Source of the DNA: Narcine bancroftii
Taxonomy: Eukaryota
Direction: 5' to 3'
Length of the DNA: 64,000 bases
Assembly (NCBI RefSeq): GCF_036971445.1
Contig: NC_091477.1
Span: 93,000,001-93,064,000, forward strand
Shown here: positions 62,755-64,000 of the stretch, piece by piece
How positions within the stretch are numbered: position 1 is the first letter of the stretch
How the letters are laid out: every line of letters begins with the position of its first letter
Translations under genes and position numbers: made by a program
Notes under the pieces: model-generated
Told to the model about the DNA's origin: nothing
Databases searched by the model: none
What the model saw: the letters and a program-made list of their open reading frames with translations, nothing else

Positions 62755-64000
62755 ATCCTCAGTCGTATCTGCGATCAGATGTTACTCAATCGGGTGCAAG
62801 TCAAGGTATGGCTATACTTGAAATAAATAGCAATGTGGATGATGAATTATAGCAGTTTATTTTCATCCAGTAAACTCATAAGTCCAGTTGCCAATTTAGT
62901 TAACTTTAAAGTGGATACAAATCCAATTAGTTTTCAAAAAGTATTATTTTAATCTTGCATTTAGAAATTAAGATAATGTAATAACATCTGCAAAATTTGA
63001 TTCAACATTGGGATAGACTTTTCATAAAATCTATTTGATGTCAACCCACTGCAAAATAAATATTCACCTTTCCAAAGAAAACATAAATAGTAGAATATTT
63101 GTGCAGTATACCAGAGTTGAGGATACTATCCCACGTATGCAAAAGGAGGACATAGGACAGTGGATTAGCATTGTATTTTATCATCTCAGAATCATATTAG
63201 TTTCCAAGCTACAAAGAGGATGGGAATGCAAATTTTGCATGCTTCTTGCTGGTGGTACAGAGCCTTGCGTACTCTCAGCTTCTGACTCAATTTCAACCTT
63301 GAATTCATCCAAGTTGAAAGATTGAACAATGAACTTTGATTGTCAAAGGGAAGCTGTGTTGGAGAAACAGCATCGATCTCACTGTAAAATGCTCATTTAA
63401 TATATCCAATCCAAAATGTTACCTTGTTTGGATAAATGTTGACTCTGAAGATTGAACTCTGATGCATACAATGGCTATTCCATTACATCAACCCCAATAA
63501 AGTTGACACTTAAAATGAGGGCCCCAATATTTATCTCACAAAACAAATGAATGTTCAAAATTGAAATAGTATCTTCACTGTAGTCAGAATTTTCTCCCTA
63601 CTTTTTCTGAAGCAAACAAGGGAAAATTGAATTAAATTATTCAAGCATATCTTTTGCTGCTAAAATACTATGAAGCATCTTCCTCATTCCTATTAATCTG
63701 GAAGAATATTTGCACTCTCAAACTCCACCCAAGAAGATTTAATTTGAGAGTTTGTTATCCACACTCATTGAATAATTAGGACAATTTTAAGCGATCGATG
63801 TTGAGGGTCTCAAATCTGAAGCCTGAAATACATTAGGATTTTCAGAATGATACATCTCCTAGTTAAACTTTGATCTAACCCTGTTTGCTCTTGTAAATTA
63901 TCATAAAATACCAGAAGAAATGACAAGTATGTCCATATCAAAGAGCAGTTAGAGGCAGTCAAATTGTTTGGTCAAAGTCAAGGAAGTATAATGTGACCTG

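Larger units (their letters stand above)
61146..62814. mobile_element. Tc1/mariner (Tigger-like) non-autonomous element, about 570 bp once the nested LTR is removed
   Basis: TIRs TAGCCATGCATCGACTTGCATCTG (61146) and reverse-complement TAGCCATACCTTGACTTGCACCCG (62814), 19/24 match. TA on both flanks (61144-61145, 62815-62816). The left end resembles Tigger3-type termini (GGGTTACGTTCTG...CGATTT). Confidence 0.75.

Overview
AT-rich vertebrate genomic DNA that reads as intergenic or deep-intronic. The repeat content (HE1/V-SINE-like SINEs, abundant CR1, Rex1/Babar, fish-type L1, Penelope, RTE, Gypsy) points to a cartilaginous fish, probably a ray (inference). I cannot support any host protein-coding gene: every ORF I can identify is a transposon fragment, and the rest look like chance ORFs. 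There is no CRISPR, phage or bacterial signal. Best structural observations: (1) a nested locus at 3.2-12.7 kb where one Rex1 copy is split by three L1 insertions, two of which carry a CR1 or an RTE; (2) a 5S rRNA-derived SINE at 59.8-60.06 kb whose tail resembles a Rex1 3' end; (3) scattered Penelope terminal repeats with decayed hammerhead-ribozyme cores; (4) a composite hAT-type MITE made of two inverted palindromic units; (5) two partial Gypsy proviruses with complementary domains; (6) a Tigger-like MITE holding a solo LTR; (7) five copies of a young RTE family in two subfamilies; (8) a few orphan exon-like segments. I found no convincing new biological system. Family names come from motif recognition by eye, not database searches, and boundaries of old repeats are approximate (tens of bp).
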